NCBI RefSeq assembly: GCF_001457615.1 | Contig: NZ_LN831024.1 | Location: forward strand, 120,001-152,000 | From: Pseudomonas aeruginosa | Lineage (GTDB): Bacteria > Pseudomonadota > Gammaproteobacteria > Pseudomonadales > Pseudomonadaceae | Direction of reading: 5' to 3' | DNA: 32,000 bases | Part shown: piece by piece, positions 24,140 to 32,000 of the stretch | How the letters are laid out: each line of letters starts with the position of its first letter | Position numbering within the stretch: the first letter of the stretch is position 1 | Program-made: the position numbers and the translations under genes | Notes under the pieces: generated by a model | What the model saw: only the letters and a program-made list of their open reading frames with translations | Database searches by the model: none | Told to the model about the DNA's origin: nothing

Positions 24140-24766
24140 TTACCAGGCCTGGTTGAAGTGGAAGCCCTGCCTGGGCGAGAAGCGGGTGTTGACGAGCTTG
24201 TAGCCTTCCTCGCCGCGTGGCTTGACCAGCGAGACCTGGCCGACCTGCGGTTGGGTGATCTGTTGCAGGGTGGTCAGGCTGGCCTGCTTGAGCACCTCGG
24301 GGTTCTTCGCCCAGTCCTTCACTTCGCGTGGCTTGACCTCGACGGTGACCAACCAGCCCTTTTCCACGGCCGGGCCGTAGTCGTCGGGCTTGGCGGGGTC
24401 CACCGAACGGACGCTGACGTCGAAGCCGCTGCTGTAGCAGAAGGCCTTCGACTCGGGCTTGTAGTCCTCGCGGCCGGCGGGCGTGAGGTCGTAGGAATCG
24501 CCGTCGCGGCGCAGCAGGCCGACGCCGACCAGCGCGTCGTAGACCGCGGCGTTGCCTTTCGCCGGGCCGGGGCCGGAGAAGCTGTCGGAGAGCGTCACCG
24601 GGAACGTCTTGAACAGGGTGGAGCTGGCGCAGGCGGGTTTGTCGAAGCCGCGCTCGGCGAGCAGGCGGGCGATCTCCTCGCTGGACGGAGCGGAGTCCGA
24701 GCAGGCGGCGAGGAACAGTGGGAGGGCGGCGACGAGGCCGCGCAGAACGCGTGTAGGCATGGGCAT
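24140..24766 (-). CDS. Hypothetical lipoprotein
   Basis: The ATG at 24766 follows AAAGGA and gives 208 codons. The signal peptide has a lipobox (LPLFLAAC). The longer 366-codon track ORF extends through the divergent promoter into the neighbouring gene and was trimmed. Confidence 0.75.
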   Translation of the reverse strand: MPMPTRVLRGLVAALPLFLAACSDSAPSSEEIARLLAERGFDKPACASSTLFKTFPVTLSDSFSGPGPAKGNAAVYDALVGVGLLRRDGDSYDLTPAGREDYKPESKAFCYSSGFDVSVRSVDPAKPDDYGPAVEKGWLVTVEVKPREVKDWAKNPEVLKQASLTTLQQITQPQVGQVSLVKPRGEEGYKLVNTRFSPRQGFHFNQAW

Positions 24767-24781
24767 GTCCTTTGTCCATTG

Positions 24782-24802
24782 GCGCAGCCGGATCGGCTGC
24801 GC
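24782..24802. promoter_or_regulatory. Perfect 21-bp palindrome GCGCAGCCG-GAT-CGGCTGCGC in the divergent intergenic region
   Basis: It has 9-bp arms and was read directly. It starts 16 nt upstream of the ATG at 24766 (minus strand) and ends 19 nt upstream of the TGGCAC element. Confidence 0.3.
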
Positions 24803-24820
24803 GGCGAATTCTAGCGGCTG

Positions 24821-24836
24821 TGGCACCATGGGCGCA
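24821..24836 (+). promoter_or_regulatory. Sigma54-like -24/-12 element TGGCAC-N5-GCGCA
   Basis: TGGCAC at 24821-24826 and GC at 24834-24835 have the correct GG-N10-GC spacing. The implied start (~24847) falls on the AAGGAGGAG RBS of the 24861 gene, which leaves an unusually short leader. Confidence 0.25.
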
Positions 24837-24860
24837 CATTCGACCCAAGGAGGAGAACCC

Positions 24861-25361
24861 ATGCGCCTGCCTGCGAAACTCGGCCGCCTGCTGCCGGCCC
24901 TGTGCCTGGGCGTCCTGTTGAGCGCCTGCAGCACCTTCGGCCAGCGCGATCCGTTGCGTATCGACCTGGTCGGCCTGGAACCCCTGCCGGGGCAAGGCAT
25001 GGAAATGCGCTTCATGGTCAAGCTGCGGGTACAGAACCCCAACGACGAGCCGATCGAATACAACGGCATCGCCCTCGACCTCGACGTCAACGGCCAGCCC
25101 CTGGCCAGCGGCGTCAGCGACCAGACCGGCGAGGTGCCGCGCTTCGGCGAGCGGGTGGTGAGCGTGCCGCTGACCGTCTCCGCCTTTTCCGCCTTCCGCC
25201 AGGCCTGGGGCCTGAGCAACAACGCTCCGACCCGGGGCATGCCCTACGTGGTGAAGGGCAAGCTCGCCGGAGGCCTGTTCGGCACCGTGCGCTTCAGCGA
25301 AAAGGGCACCCTCGACTTCTCCGGGCCGGCCGTCGGCGCGCCGAAGACCAAGGGGCTCTGA
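24861..25361 (+). CDS. Lipoprotein with LEA-14 / LEA_2 (water-stress, NDR1/HIN1-like) domain
   Basis: The ATG at 24861 follows AAGGAGGAG and gives 166 codons. The lipobox is LLSAC. The body (LRIDLVGLEPL...MEMRFMVKLRVQNPNDEPIEYNGIALDLDVNG..L.....) matches the LEA_2 beta-sandwich pattern. Confidence 0.8.
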   Translation: MRLPAKLGRLLPALCLGVLLSACSTFGQRDPLRIDLVGLEPLPGQGMEMRFMVKLRVQNPNDEPIEYNGIALDLDVNGQPLASGVSDQTGEVPRFGERVVSVPLTVSAFSAFRQAWGLSNNAPTRGMPYVVKGKLAGGLFGTVRFSEKGTLDFSGPAVGAPKTKGL

Positions 25362-25433
25362 GGCGGTTCGGCAGGGGAGCGAGAAACCCTATATAATCTG
25401 CGGTTTTCGTCCCCCTGCTGAAGAGAGAATGCC

Positions 25434-25775
25434 GTGAGCACGCTGCCGCCCTGTCCCCAATGCAACTCCGAATACACCTACGAGGATGGTGCGCTGCTGG
25501 TCTGCCCGGAGTGCGCCCATGAATGGTCGCCGAACGAGGCCGCTACGGCGTCCGATGATGGCAAGGTGATCAAGGATTCGGTGGGCAACGTTCTCCAGGA
25601 CGGCGATACCATCACCGTGATCAAGGACCTGAAAGTGAAAGGCTCCTCGCTGGTGGTGAAGGTCGGCACCAAGGTGAAGAACATCCGCCTGGTGGACGGC
25701 GACCACGACATCGATTGCAAGATCGACGGCATTGGCGCGATGAAGCTGAAATCGGAATTCGTCAGGAAGGTCTGA
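25434..25775 (+). CDS. phnA: PhnA/YjdM zinc-ribbon protein
   Basis: 113 codons with a GTG start. It has the N-terminal CPQC...CPEC zinc ribbon and the conserved C-terminal [14 protein letters not shown]...[10 protein letters not shown] perfect TATAAT lies at 25392-25397 upstream. Confidence 0.9.
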   Translation: MSTLPPCPQCNSEYTYEDGALLVCPECAHEWSPNEAATASDDGKVIKDSVGNVLQDGDTITVIKDLKVKGSSLVVKVGTKVKNIRLVDGDHDIDCKIDGIGAMKLKSEFVRKV

Positions 25776-25792
25776 GACGACCTTGCCTGAAG

Positions 25793-25821
25793 AAGCCCGG
25801 CCATTGGCCGGGCTTTTCTTT
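25793..25821 (+). terminator. Rho-independent terminator of phnA
   Basis: AAGCCCGGCC-ATT-GGCCGGGCTT forms a 10-bp stem followed by TTCTTT, 18 nt after the stop. Confidence 0.7.
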
Positions 25822-25856
25822 GGAGGGCTGTCTGGGTTCTTCCCCCGGTGGTGGAC

Positions 25857-27284
25857 TCAGACCCGCGCCGTCTTCCCGGCGTAGTCCTCGCCGAGGCGCG
25901 GCTTGCGTCGCGCGTTGAGCAGCCCGAGGCAGACGGTGAAGATCGTCAGCAGAGCGGTGGCGAACACCTCGTGACGGTGCTCCGGCATGATCAGCATGAT
26001 GCTCAGCGCGGCGACGATGAACAGGATCACCGCCCAGGTCAGCCAGGGATATAGCCACATGCGGAACTCGATGGGCTGGCCGCTGGCCTGCAATTGCTTG
26101 CGCATGCGCAACTGGGCCACGGCGATCACCAGGTACACCAGTAGCGCCACGGCGCCGGAGCTGGCGAGGAGGAAGGTGAAGACCTTCTCCGGTGCGAAGT
26201 AGTTGACGATGGTGGTGAGGAAGCCCACCGCGGTGCTGGCCAGCACCGCCGGGCGTGGTACGTGGGCGGTGTTGGTCAGCTTGAGCACGCTCGGGGCGTC
26301 GCCGCGCTTGGCCAGGGAGAAGACCATCCGCGACGAGGTGTAGATCGCCGAGTTCAGGCAACTGGCCACGGCGACCAGTACCACCAGGTCGACGATCAGC
26401 TTGGCGTGCGGGATGTCCAGCAGCTCCAGGGCGCGCTGGTAGGAGCCGACCTGGATCAGCAGCGGGTCGTTCCACGGCACGATGGAGATCACGATGAAGA
26501 TCGACACCAGGTAGAACAGGCCGATCCGCCAGATCACCGAGTTGGTGGCGCGGGTGATCTGCTTCGCCGGGTCCTTGGACTCGGCGGCGGCGATGGTGAC
26601 GATCTCGGTGCCCATGAAGCTGAACATGGTCGTCAGCAGGGCGCCGAGCACCGCGCCGTAGCCGTTCGGCACGAAGCCGCCGTGGCTCGCCATCAGGCTG
26701 GACAGGCCGCTGACCTCACGCTCCGGCAGGCCGCCGACGATGGCCACCGCGCCGAGCACGATGAAGGCGATGATGGCGATCACCTTGAGCAGCGCGAACC
26801 AGAACTCGAACTCGCCGTAGCGGGCCACGCTGAAGAGGTTGGTGACGGTGAGCAGGAAGGTCACCGCGAGGGCGAAGATCCAGGTGTCGATGGCCGGGAA
26901 CCAGGCGTTGAGGATGGCCGCGGCGGCGATCGCTTCGAGTGGGATCACCAGCACCCAGAACCACCAGTAGAGCCAGCCGATGGTGAAACCGGCCCAGCGG
27001 CCGATGGAGCGGTCGGCGTAGGTGGAGAAGGAACCGGTATCGGGGGAGGCGACCGCCATTTCGCCGAGCATGCGCATGACCAGCACCACCAGGGTGCCGG
27101 CGATCAGGTAGGCGAGCAGGGCGGCCGGGCCGGCGGCGGCGATGGCATGGCCGGAGCCGACGAACAGGCCGGCGCCGATCACCCCGGCGATCGACAGCAT
27201 GGTGACGTGGCGTTGTTTCAGGCCGGGCGCGAGCGAGGCGTTGCGCTTGTTCGGCAGTTGTGAAGCCAGTACGACTTTGGACAT
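25857..27284 (-). CDS. bauD: APC-family amino acid permease (GabP-like; beta-alanine/GABA-type)
   Basis: 475-codon 12-TM protein. The N-terminus LKQRHVTMLSIAGVIGAGLFVGSG is the APC signature. Confidence 0.9.
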   Translation of the reverse strand: MSKVVLASQLPNKRNASLAPGLKQRHVTMLSIAGVIGAGLFVGSGHAIAAAGPAALLAYLIAGTLVVLVMRMLGEMAVASPDTGSFSTYADRSIGRWAGFTIGWLYWWFWVLVIPLEAIAAAAILNAWFPAIDTWIFALAVTFLLTVTNLFSVARYGEFEFWFALLKVIAIIAFIVLGAVAIVGGLPEREVSGLSSLMASHGGFVPNGYGAVLGALLTTMFSFMGTEIVTIAAAESKDPAKQITRATNSVIWRIGLFYLVSIFIVISIVPWNDPLLIQVGSYQRALELLDIPHAKLIVDLVVLVAVASCLNSAIYTSSRMVFSLAKRGDAPSVLKLTNTAHVPRPAVLASTAVGFLTTIVNYFAPEKVFTFLLASSGAVALLVYLVIAVAQLRMRKQLQASGQPIEFRMWLYPWLTWAVILFIVAALSIMLIMPEHRHEVFATALLTIFTVCLGLLNARRKPRLGEDYAGKTARV

Positions 27285-27400
27285 CGTTGAGACCCTTTAA
27301 TTGTTCTTGGGCAAGGTCTGGGCCGCCTTGTGGGCGACGCCATGGGTGCGGCCGTGGGTGAGGTTTCACGGCGGTGGAACGTTGCGGACTCCTGATTGCG

Positions 27401-27438
27401 GAAAAAGAAAAAAGGCATGGTCGTTACCGACCATGCCT
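27401..27438 (-). terminator. Rho-independent terminator after bauC
   Basis: On the minus strand, AGGCATGGTCG-GTAA-CGACCATGCCT forms an 11-bp stem followed by TTTTTTCTTTTT. It starts 15 nt after the bauC stop. Confidence 0.75.
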
Positions 27439-27452
27439 GTCGTCGTCAGCCT

Positions 27453-28946
27453 TCAGAGGCTGGGGAAGGCGAATTGCGAGGCCTCGTGGCTGGCCCGCTG
27501 CGGCCAGCGCTGGGTGATGGCCTTGCGCCGGGTGTAGAAGCGCACGCCGTCCGGGCCGTAGGCGTGGAGGTCGCCGAACAGCGAGCGCTTCCAGCCGCCG
27601 AAGCTGTGGTAGGCCACCGGCACCGGCAGCGGGACGTTGACGCCGACCATGCCGACCTCGATCTCGTCGCAGAACAGGCGTGCGGCCTCGCCGTCGCGGG
27701 TGAAGATGCAGGTGCCGTTGCCGTATTCGTGGTCGTTGATCAACTGCATGGCCTCTTCCAGGCTGTTGACGCGAACCACGCACAGCACCGGGCCGAAGAT
27801 CTCTTCCTTGTAGATGGTCATTTCCGGGGTCACCCGGTCGAACAGGCTGCCGCCGAGGAAGAAGCCGTTCTCGTGGCCGGCGACCTGGTAGCCACGGCCG
27901 TCCACCACCAGCTCCGCGCCCTGGGCCACGCCGCTGTCGATGTAGCCGGTGACCTTGGCCTGCGCGGCGGCAGTGACCAGCGGGCCCATGTCGAGGCCGC
28001 AGGAAGTGCCGGCGCCGATCTTCAGCGCCTTGATCTGCGGAACCAGCTTGGCGATCAGCGCGTCGGCCACCTGGTCGCCGACGCATACCGCCACCGAGAT
28101 CGCCATGCAGCGCTCGCCGCAGGAGCCGTAGGCGGCACCCATCAACGCGCTGACGGCGTTGTCGAGGTCGGCGTCGGGCATCAGCACCGCATGGTTCTTC
28201 GCGCCGCCCAGGGCCTGCACGCGCTTGCCGCGCTTGGTGCCCTCGGCATAGATGTATTCGGCGATGGGGGTCGAGCCGACGAAGCTGATGGCTTTCACTT
28301 CCGGCGCCTGGAGCAGGCCGTCCACGGCTTCCTTGTCGCCGTGCACCACGTTCAGCACGCCCTTCGGCAGGCCGGCTTCGTGGAACAGCTCGGCGATCAG
28401 CAGGGTGGAGCTGGGGTCGCGCTCGGAGGGCTTGAGGATGAAGGTGTTGCCGCAGGCGATGGCCAGCGGGTACATCCACAGCGGCACCATCGCCGGGAAG
28501 TTGAACGGGGTGATCCCGGCGACCACGCCGATCGGCTGGAAGTCGCTCCAGGCGTCGATGTTCGGGCCGACGTTGCGGCTGTACTCGCCCTTGAGGATTT
28601 CCGGGGCGGCGCAGGCGTACTCGACGTTCTCGATGCCGCGCTTGAGTTCGCCGGCGGCGTCTTCCAGGGTCTTGCCGTGCTCTTCGCTGATCAGCTTGGA
28701 AATCCGCGCCTCGTTCTGCTCCAGCAGTTGCTTGAAGCGGTACAGCACCTGTGCACGCTTGGCCGGCGGGGTGTTGCGCCAGGCCGGGAAAGCGGCCCTG
28801 GCGGCATCGATGGCTTTCTGCAGGGTCTTGCCGTCGGCCAGCGGGACCTTGTGGATGGCTTCGCCGGTGGAGGGGTTGAAGACGTCGGCGCTGCGGCCGT
28901 TGTCGGCGACCATTTCGCCGTTGATCAGGTGGTGGAGGGTGCCCAT
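27453..28946 (-). CDS. bauC: CoA-acylating (methyl)malonate-semialdehyde dehydrogenase
   Basis: 497-codon aldehyde dehydrogenase fold. The catalytic Cys context is GERCMA, and the MmsA-type motifs VGVNVPLPVP..SFGGWK are present. Confidence 0.93.
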   Translation of the reverse strand: MGTLHHLINGEMVADNGRSADVFNPSTGEAIHKVPLADGKTLQKAIDAARAAFPAWRNTPPAKRAQVLYRFKQLLEQNEARISKLISEEHGKTLEDAAGELKRGIENVEYACAAPEILKGEYSRNVGPNIDAWSDFQPIGVVAGITPFNFPAMVPLWMYPLAIACGNTFILKPSERDPSSTLLIAELFHEAGLPKGVLNVVHGDKEAVDGLLQAPEVKAISFVGSTPIAEYIYAEGTKRGKRVQALGGAKNHAVLMPDADLDNAVSALMGAAYGSCGERCMAISVAVCVGDQVADALIAKLVPQIKALKIGAGTSCGLDMGPLVTAAAQAKVTGYIDSGVAQGAELVVDGRGYQVAGHENGFFLGGSLFDRVTPEMTIYKEEIFGPVLCVVRVNSLEEAMQLINDHEYGNGTCIFTRDGEAARLFCDEIEVGMVGVNVPLPVPVAYHSFGGWKRSLFGDLHAYGPDGVRFYTRRKAITQRWPQRASHEASQFAFPSL

Positions 28947-28978
28947 CTTGTCTTGTTCTCTCTTCGCTAGGGGTGACG

Positions 28979-29024
28979 AAAGGGCCGTGGCCCTTTCCCT
29001 TTACCCGCTCCCTGGGGAGCGGGT
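28979..29024. repeat. Two adjacent GC hairpins (REP-like) between bauB and bauC
   Basis: AAAGGGCC-GT-GGCCCTTT (28979-28996) and ACCCGCTCC-CTGG-GGAGCGGGT (29003-29024, 9-bp stem). Confidence 0.4.
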
Positions 29025-29029
29025 GCGGA

Positions 29030-29317
29030 TTACTTGATCTCGGTCTCGACGAAGACCACTTCGTGTGCGCTGGCGTTGATCACGTTGTGCTCGACGCCGG
29101 CCTTGCGGAAGTAGGCCTGTCCGGCGACCAGCGGCGCGTGGCGGTCGCCCTCGGGGGTTTCCAGCAGCAGCGTGCCGTCGGTCAGCGGTACCACCACATA
29201 GTCGTGGCCGTGGCGGTGGCGCCCGGTTTCCGCGCCGGGGGCGAAGCGCCATTCGGTCACGATCACCTCGGCGTTGTCCACCTGCACGGTGGGTACGGCT
29301 TGCGGGCGGCCGCTCAT
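29030..29317 (-). CDS. bauB: Small cupin-domain protein
   Basis: These are the last 95 codons of the 565-codon track ORF, from the ATG at 29317. The ATG shares 1 nt with the bauA stop (TGATG). The cupin motif is GAETGRHRHGHDYVVVPL...AGVEHNVIN. Confidence 0.8.
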   Translation of the reverse strand: MSGRPQAVPTVQVDNAEVIVTEWRFAPGAETGRHRHGHDYVVVPLTDGTLLLETPEGDRHAPLVAGQAYFRKAGVEHNVINASAHEVVFVETEIK

Positions 29318-30663
29318 CAGGCGATGCCGTTGAGCGCTTCGCCGACCGCGTCGAACAGGCGGTCCAGCTCTTCCGGCCTGGCGTTGAAGGTCGGGCCGAA
29401 TTGCAGGGTATCGCCGCCGAAGCGCACGTAGAAACCCTGTTGCCAGAGCTTCATGCCGGCCTCGAACGGACGCACGGTCGGATCGCCGTCGCGCGGGGCG
29501 ATCTGGATCGCGCCGGCCAGGCCGCAGTTGCGGATGTCGATGACGTTCTTCGCGCCTTGCAGGCCGTGCAGGCCCTTCTCGAAGTGCGGCGCCAGCTCGG
29601 CGGACTGCTGCACCAGGTTGTCCCTGGCCAGGATGTCCAGCGCGGCGAGGCCGGCGGCGCAGGCGACCGGGTGCGCGGAGTAGGTGTAGCCGTGGCTGAA
29701 CTCCACCGCGTGCTCGGGCAGCGCCTGGTTCATGAAGGTGTCGTAGATCTCGCTGCTGGCGATCACCGCGCCCATCGGCACGGCGCCGTTGGTGACCTGC
29801 TTGGCGACGTTCATCAGGTCCGGGGTGACGCCGAAGTACTCGGCGCCGCTGTAGGTGCCCAGGCGGCCGAAGGCGGTGATCACCTCGTCGAAGATCAGCA
29901 GGATGTTGTGCTGGTCGCAGATCTCGCGCAGGCGCTGCAGGTAGCCGACCGGCGGTACCAGTACGCCGGCGGAGCCGGACATCGGCTCGACGATCACCGC
30001 GGCGATGTTCGAGGCGTCGTGCAGTTCGATCAGCTTGAGCAGCTCGTTGGCCAGCTCGACGCCGCCGGTCTGGGCCATCCCGCGGGTGAACGCCATGCCC
30101 GGTTGAAGGGTGTGCGGCAGATGGTCGACGTCCATCAGCTGGCCGAACATCTTGCGGTTGCCACCGATCCCGCCGAGGCTGGTGCCGGCGACGTTGACCC
30201 CGTGGTAGCCGCGGGCGCGGCCGATCAGCTTGGTCTTCTGCGGCTGGCCTTTCAGGCGCCAGTAGGCGCGGGCCATCTTGATCGAGGTGTCGGCGCACTC
30301 GGAGCCGGAACCGGTGAAGAACACGTGGTTCAGTTCGCCTGGCAGCAACCCGGCGATCTTCTCGGCCAACTGGAAGGACAGCGGATGGCCGTACTGGAAG
30401 CCCGGCGAGTAGTCGAGGGTGCCGAGCTGGCGAGCCACCGCCTCCTGGATTTCCTTGCGCGAGTGGCCGGCGCCGCAGGTCCACAGGCCGGACAGGCTGT
30501 CGTAGACCTTGCGGCCCTTGTCGTCGGTCAGCCAGCTGCCTTCGGCGGCGACGATGATCCGCGGGTCCTTCTGGAAGTTGCGGTTGGCGGAGAAGGGCAT
30601 CCAGTGGGCGCGCAGGTTGAGTTCGCTGGAAACCGGCGGGGCCACGTTGAGCGGCTGGTTCAT
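29317..30663 (-). CDS. bauA: Class III PLP aminotransferase (beta-alanine:pyruvate / omega-amino acid transaminase)
   Basis: 448 codons with GAGGA upstream. Motifs include GLWTCGAGH, FFTGSGSE, LIFDEVITAFGRLG and the SHGYTYS family pattern. Confidence 0.93.
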   Translation of the reverse strand: MNQPLNVAPPVSSELNLRAHWMPFSANRNFQKDPRIIVAAEGSWLTDDKGRKVYDSLSGLWTCGAGHSRKEIQEAVARQLGTLDYSPGFQYGHPLSFQLAEKIAGLLPGELNHVFFTGSGSECADTSIKMARAYWRLKGQPQKTKLIGRARGYHGVNVAGTSLGGIGGNRKMFGQLMDVDHLPHTLQPGMAFTRGMAQTGGVELANELLKLIELHDASNIAAVIVEPMSGSAGVLVPPVGYLQRLREICDQHNILLIFDEVITAFGRLGTYSGAEYFGVTPDLMNVAKQVTNGAVPMGAVIASSEIYDTFMNQALPEHAVEFSHGYTYSAHPVACAAGLAALDILARDNLVQQSAELAPHFEKGLHGLQGAKNVIDIRNCGLAGAIQIAPRDGDPTVRPFEAGMKLWQQGFYVRFGGDTLQFGPTFNARPEELDRLFDAVGEALNGIA

Positions 30664-30797
30664 CGTTCGATCCTCGGGCTTTCTTGTTGGAAGGTTCCGC
30701 GCACGCGGCGGCGGAGCGTTGGATCAAGCTTGGCCCTGACGAAAGGTTAGATAAAGCTTATTCTTCTCACGTTTAGTTTCGACTGGGTAAAACAATA

Positions 30798-31715
30798 ATG
30801 GCCAAATCCCGCAACCCGTCGCTCGGCCAGGTCAGCGATTTCGATATCCGCCTGCTGCGCATCTTCAAGACCATCGTCGAGTGCGGCAGTTTCTCCGCCG
30901 CGGAGAGCACTCTCGGCCTCAGCCGCTCGGCGATCAGCCTGCACATGGGCGACCTGGAGAAGCGCCTGGGCATGCGCCTGTGCCAGCGCGGCCGCGCCGG
31001 CTTCGCCCTGACCGACGAGGGCCGCGAGGTCTATCGCGCGACCCAGACCCTGCTGGCGGCGCTGGAGGGGTTCCGCGCCGAGGTCAACGACCTGCACCAG
31101 CACCTGCGCGGCGAACTCAACATCGGCATCATCAACAACCTGGTGACCCTGCCGCAGATGCGCATCACCCACGCTCTCAGCGCGCTCAAGGGGCAGGGAC
31201 CGCAGGTGCGGATCAACATCGGCATGACCACCCCCAACGAGATCGAACTGGGCGTGCTCGACGGCCACCTGCATGTCGGCGTGGTGCCGTTGATCAGTCC
31301 GCTGTCGGGGCTCGAGTACCTGCCGCTGTATGACGAGCACGCGCAGCTCTATTGCAGCCGCGGCCACGCACTGTTCGAGCGCGCCGACGGCGATATCGCG
31401 GTGGACGAGGTGCTCGCCGCGGACGCCGTGGCGCCCAGCTACCGCCTGCCCGCCGAAGCCCAGGCGCGCCACCAGGAGCTGAACAACAGCGCCAGCGCCT
31501 CGGACCGTGAGGGCATGGCATTCCTGATCCTGACCGGCAACTTCATCGGCTACCTGCCGTCGCACTACGCTGCCGACTGGGTCGCCGCCGGGATGCTGCG
31601 GCCCCTGCTGCCGGAGCGTTTCCACTATGCCATCGCGCTGACCATCGTGACCCGCAAGGGACGCCGGCCGAACCTGGTGCTGGAGCGCTTCCTGGAGGCG
31701 GTGGCGGTGTCGTGA
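30798..31715 (+). CDS. bauR: LysR-family regulator divergent from bauA
   Basis: 305 codons with an HTH (FKTIVECGSFSAAESTLGLSRSAISLHMGDLE). It is divergent across a 134-nt AT-richer intergenic region containing the ATAA-AGC-TTAT dyad at 30751-30761. Confidence 0.9.
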   Translation: MAKSRNPSLGQVSDFDIRLLRIFKTIVECGSFSAAESTLGLSRSAISLHMGDLEKRLGMRLCQRGRAGFALTDEGREVYRATQTLLAALEGFRAEVNDLHQHLRGELNIGIINNLVTLPQMRITHALSALKGQGPQVRINIGMTTPNEIELGVLDGHLHVGVVPLISPLSGLEYLPLYDEHAQLYCSRGHALFERADGDIAVDEVLAADAVAPSYRLPAEAQARHQELNNSASASDREGMAFLILTGNFIGYLPSHYAADWVAAGMLRPLLPERFHYAIALTIVTRKGRRPNLVLERFLEAVAVS

Positions 31716-31827
31716 GGGCGCGGATGGAGTAACGCGAGCTTCGGCCGCCCGCCGAACGGCGTCTTTTCTCTACGGCGCGAGGAGGTGGCATGCAGCGACG
31801 GGCCGAGCCAACGCGGGAAAGAGACTC

Positions 31828-32000
31828 TCACCCCTTCACATGGCGCCGCTCCCCCATCACCCAGGTCTCCGCCACCGCGCGGTCGTCGCCCAGGGTGTTC
31901 AGCACGAACAGGGTATCGGCCAGGCCGCGCGCATGCTCCATGCGCTGGGCGATCATCGGCGTGGCGGCCAGGTCGAGGGCGACGAAGTCGGCTTCGCGGC
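31828..32000 (-). CDS. 3' end of an amidohydrolase-type gene (guanine deaminase-like) entering from the right edge
   Basis: My minus-strand translation from 31999 gives READFVALDLAATPMIAQRMEHARGLADTLFVLNTLGDDRAVAETWVMGERRHVKG*, with the stop at 31828-31830. The ADFV.LD motif is typical of amidohydrolase C-termini. It is too short for the ORF track. Confidence 0.5.
   Translation of the reverse strand, partial: READFVALDLAATPMIAQRMEHARGLADTLFVLNTLGDDRAVAETWVMGERRHVKG

Noticed and set aside
24140-25361. Extended versions of the two lipoprotein ORFs (366 and 269 codons) that overlap each other across the intergenic region.
   Set aside because: Internal ATGs with strong RBSs are immediately followed by signal peptides with lipoboxes (LAAC, LSAC). 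The upstream extensions have no coding character and would overlap the divergent gene.
28979-28996. AAAGGGCC-GT-GGCCCTTT as an 8-bp hairpin or terminator.
   Set aside because: A 2-nt loop is sterically impossible, so the effective stem is shorter. There is no U-run on the relevant (minus) strand, so it is not a confident terminator and I list it only as part of a REP-like cluster.
29030-30727. A 565-codon minus-strand ORF that would be one large protein overlapping bauA.
   Set aside because: Only the last 95 codons (from the ATG at 29317, coupled to the bauA stop) read as a real cupin protein. The upstream 470 codons are an Arg/Pro/Gly-rich off-frame shadow of bauA.

Overview
High-GC, densely coding Pseudomonas-type chromosomal window with 35 complete protein genes (one frameshifted) and 2 edge fragments. 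I saw no rRNA, tRNA, CRISPR array, transposase or integrase. From memory, not from a search, the gene order and proteins are collinear with P. aeruginosa PAO1 PA0098-PA0134. Left to right: (1) the 3' part of a T6SS spike/cargo cluster, with a PAAR-like(DUF4150)-GHH2 nuclease effector (Tse7-like), a beta-propeller-like immunity gene (Tsi7-like) and an uncharacterised HEAT-like third gene; (2) a beta-carbonic anhydrase split by a 1-nt frameshift, followed by a SulP/STAS anion transporter; (3) a full aa3-type cytochrome c oxidase locus (coxB-coxA-ctaG-coxC) with its biogenesis genes (small twin-TM protein, SURF1, a divergent Sco-like protein, heme A synthase, heme O synthase, SenC/Sco); (4) a GNAT / HxlR / atypical SDR / GST-kappa-like isomerase cluster with twin operator-like repeats; (5) a DctA-family transporter followed by two GntR regulators; (6) the aegerolysin gene rahU behind a near-perfect las/rhl-box palindrome, and a LysR gene; (7) a ParE/ParD toxin-antitoxin pair inside an AT-rich islet; (8) two divergent lipoprotein genes and phnA; (9) the beta-alanine catabolic cluster bauDCBA with bauR; (10) the 3' end of an amidohydrolase. 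I found no convincing wholly new multi-gene system. The least explained parts are the third gene of the T6SS module, the disrupted carbonic anhydrase, the Sco-like and twin-TM oxidase accessory genes, the HxlR cluster and the divergent lipoprotein pair. All family assignments come from motifs read in the translations and need HMM/BLAST confirmation.
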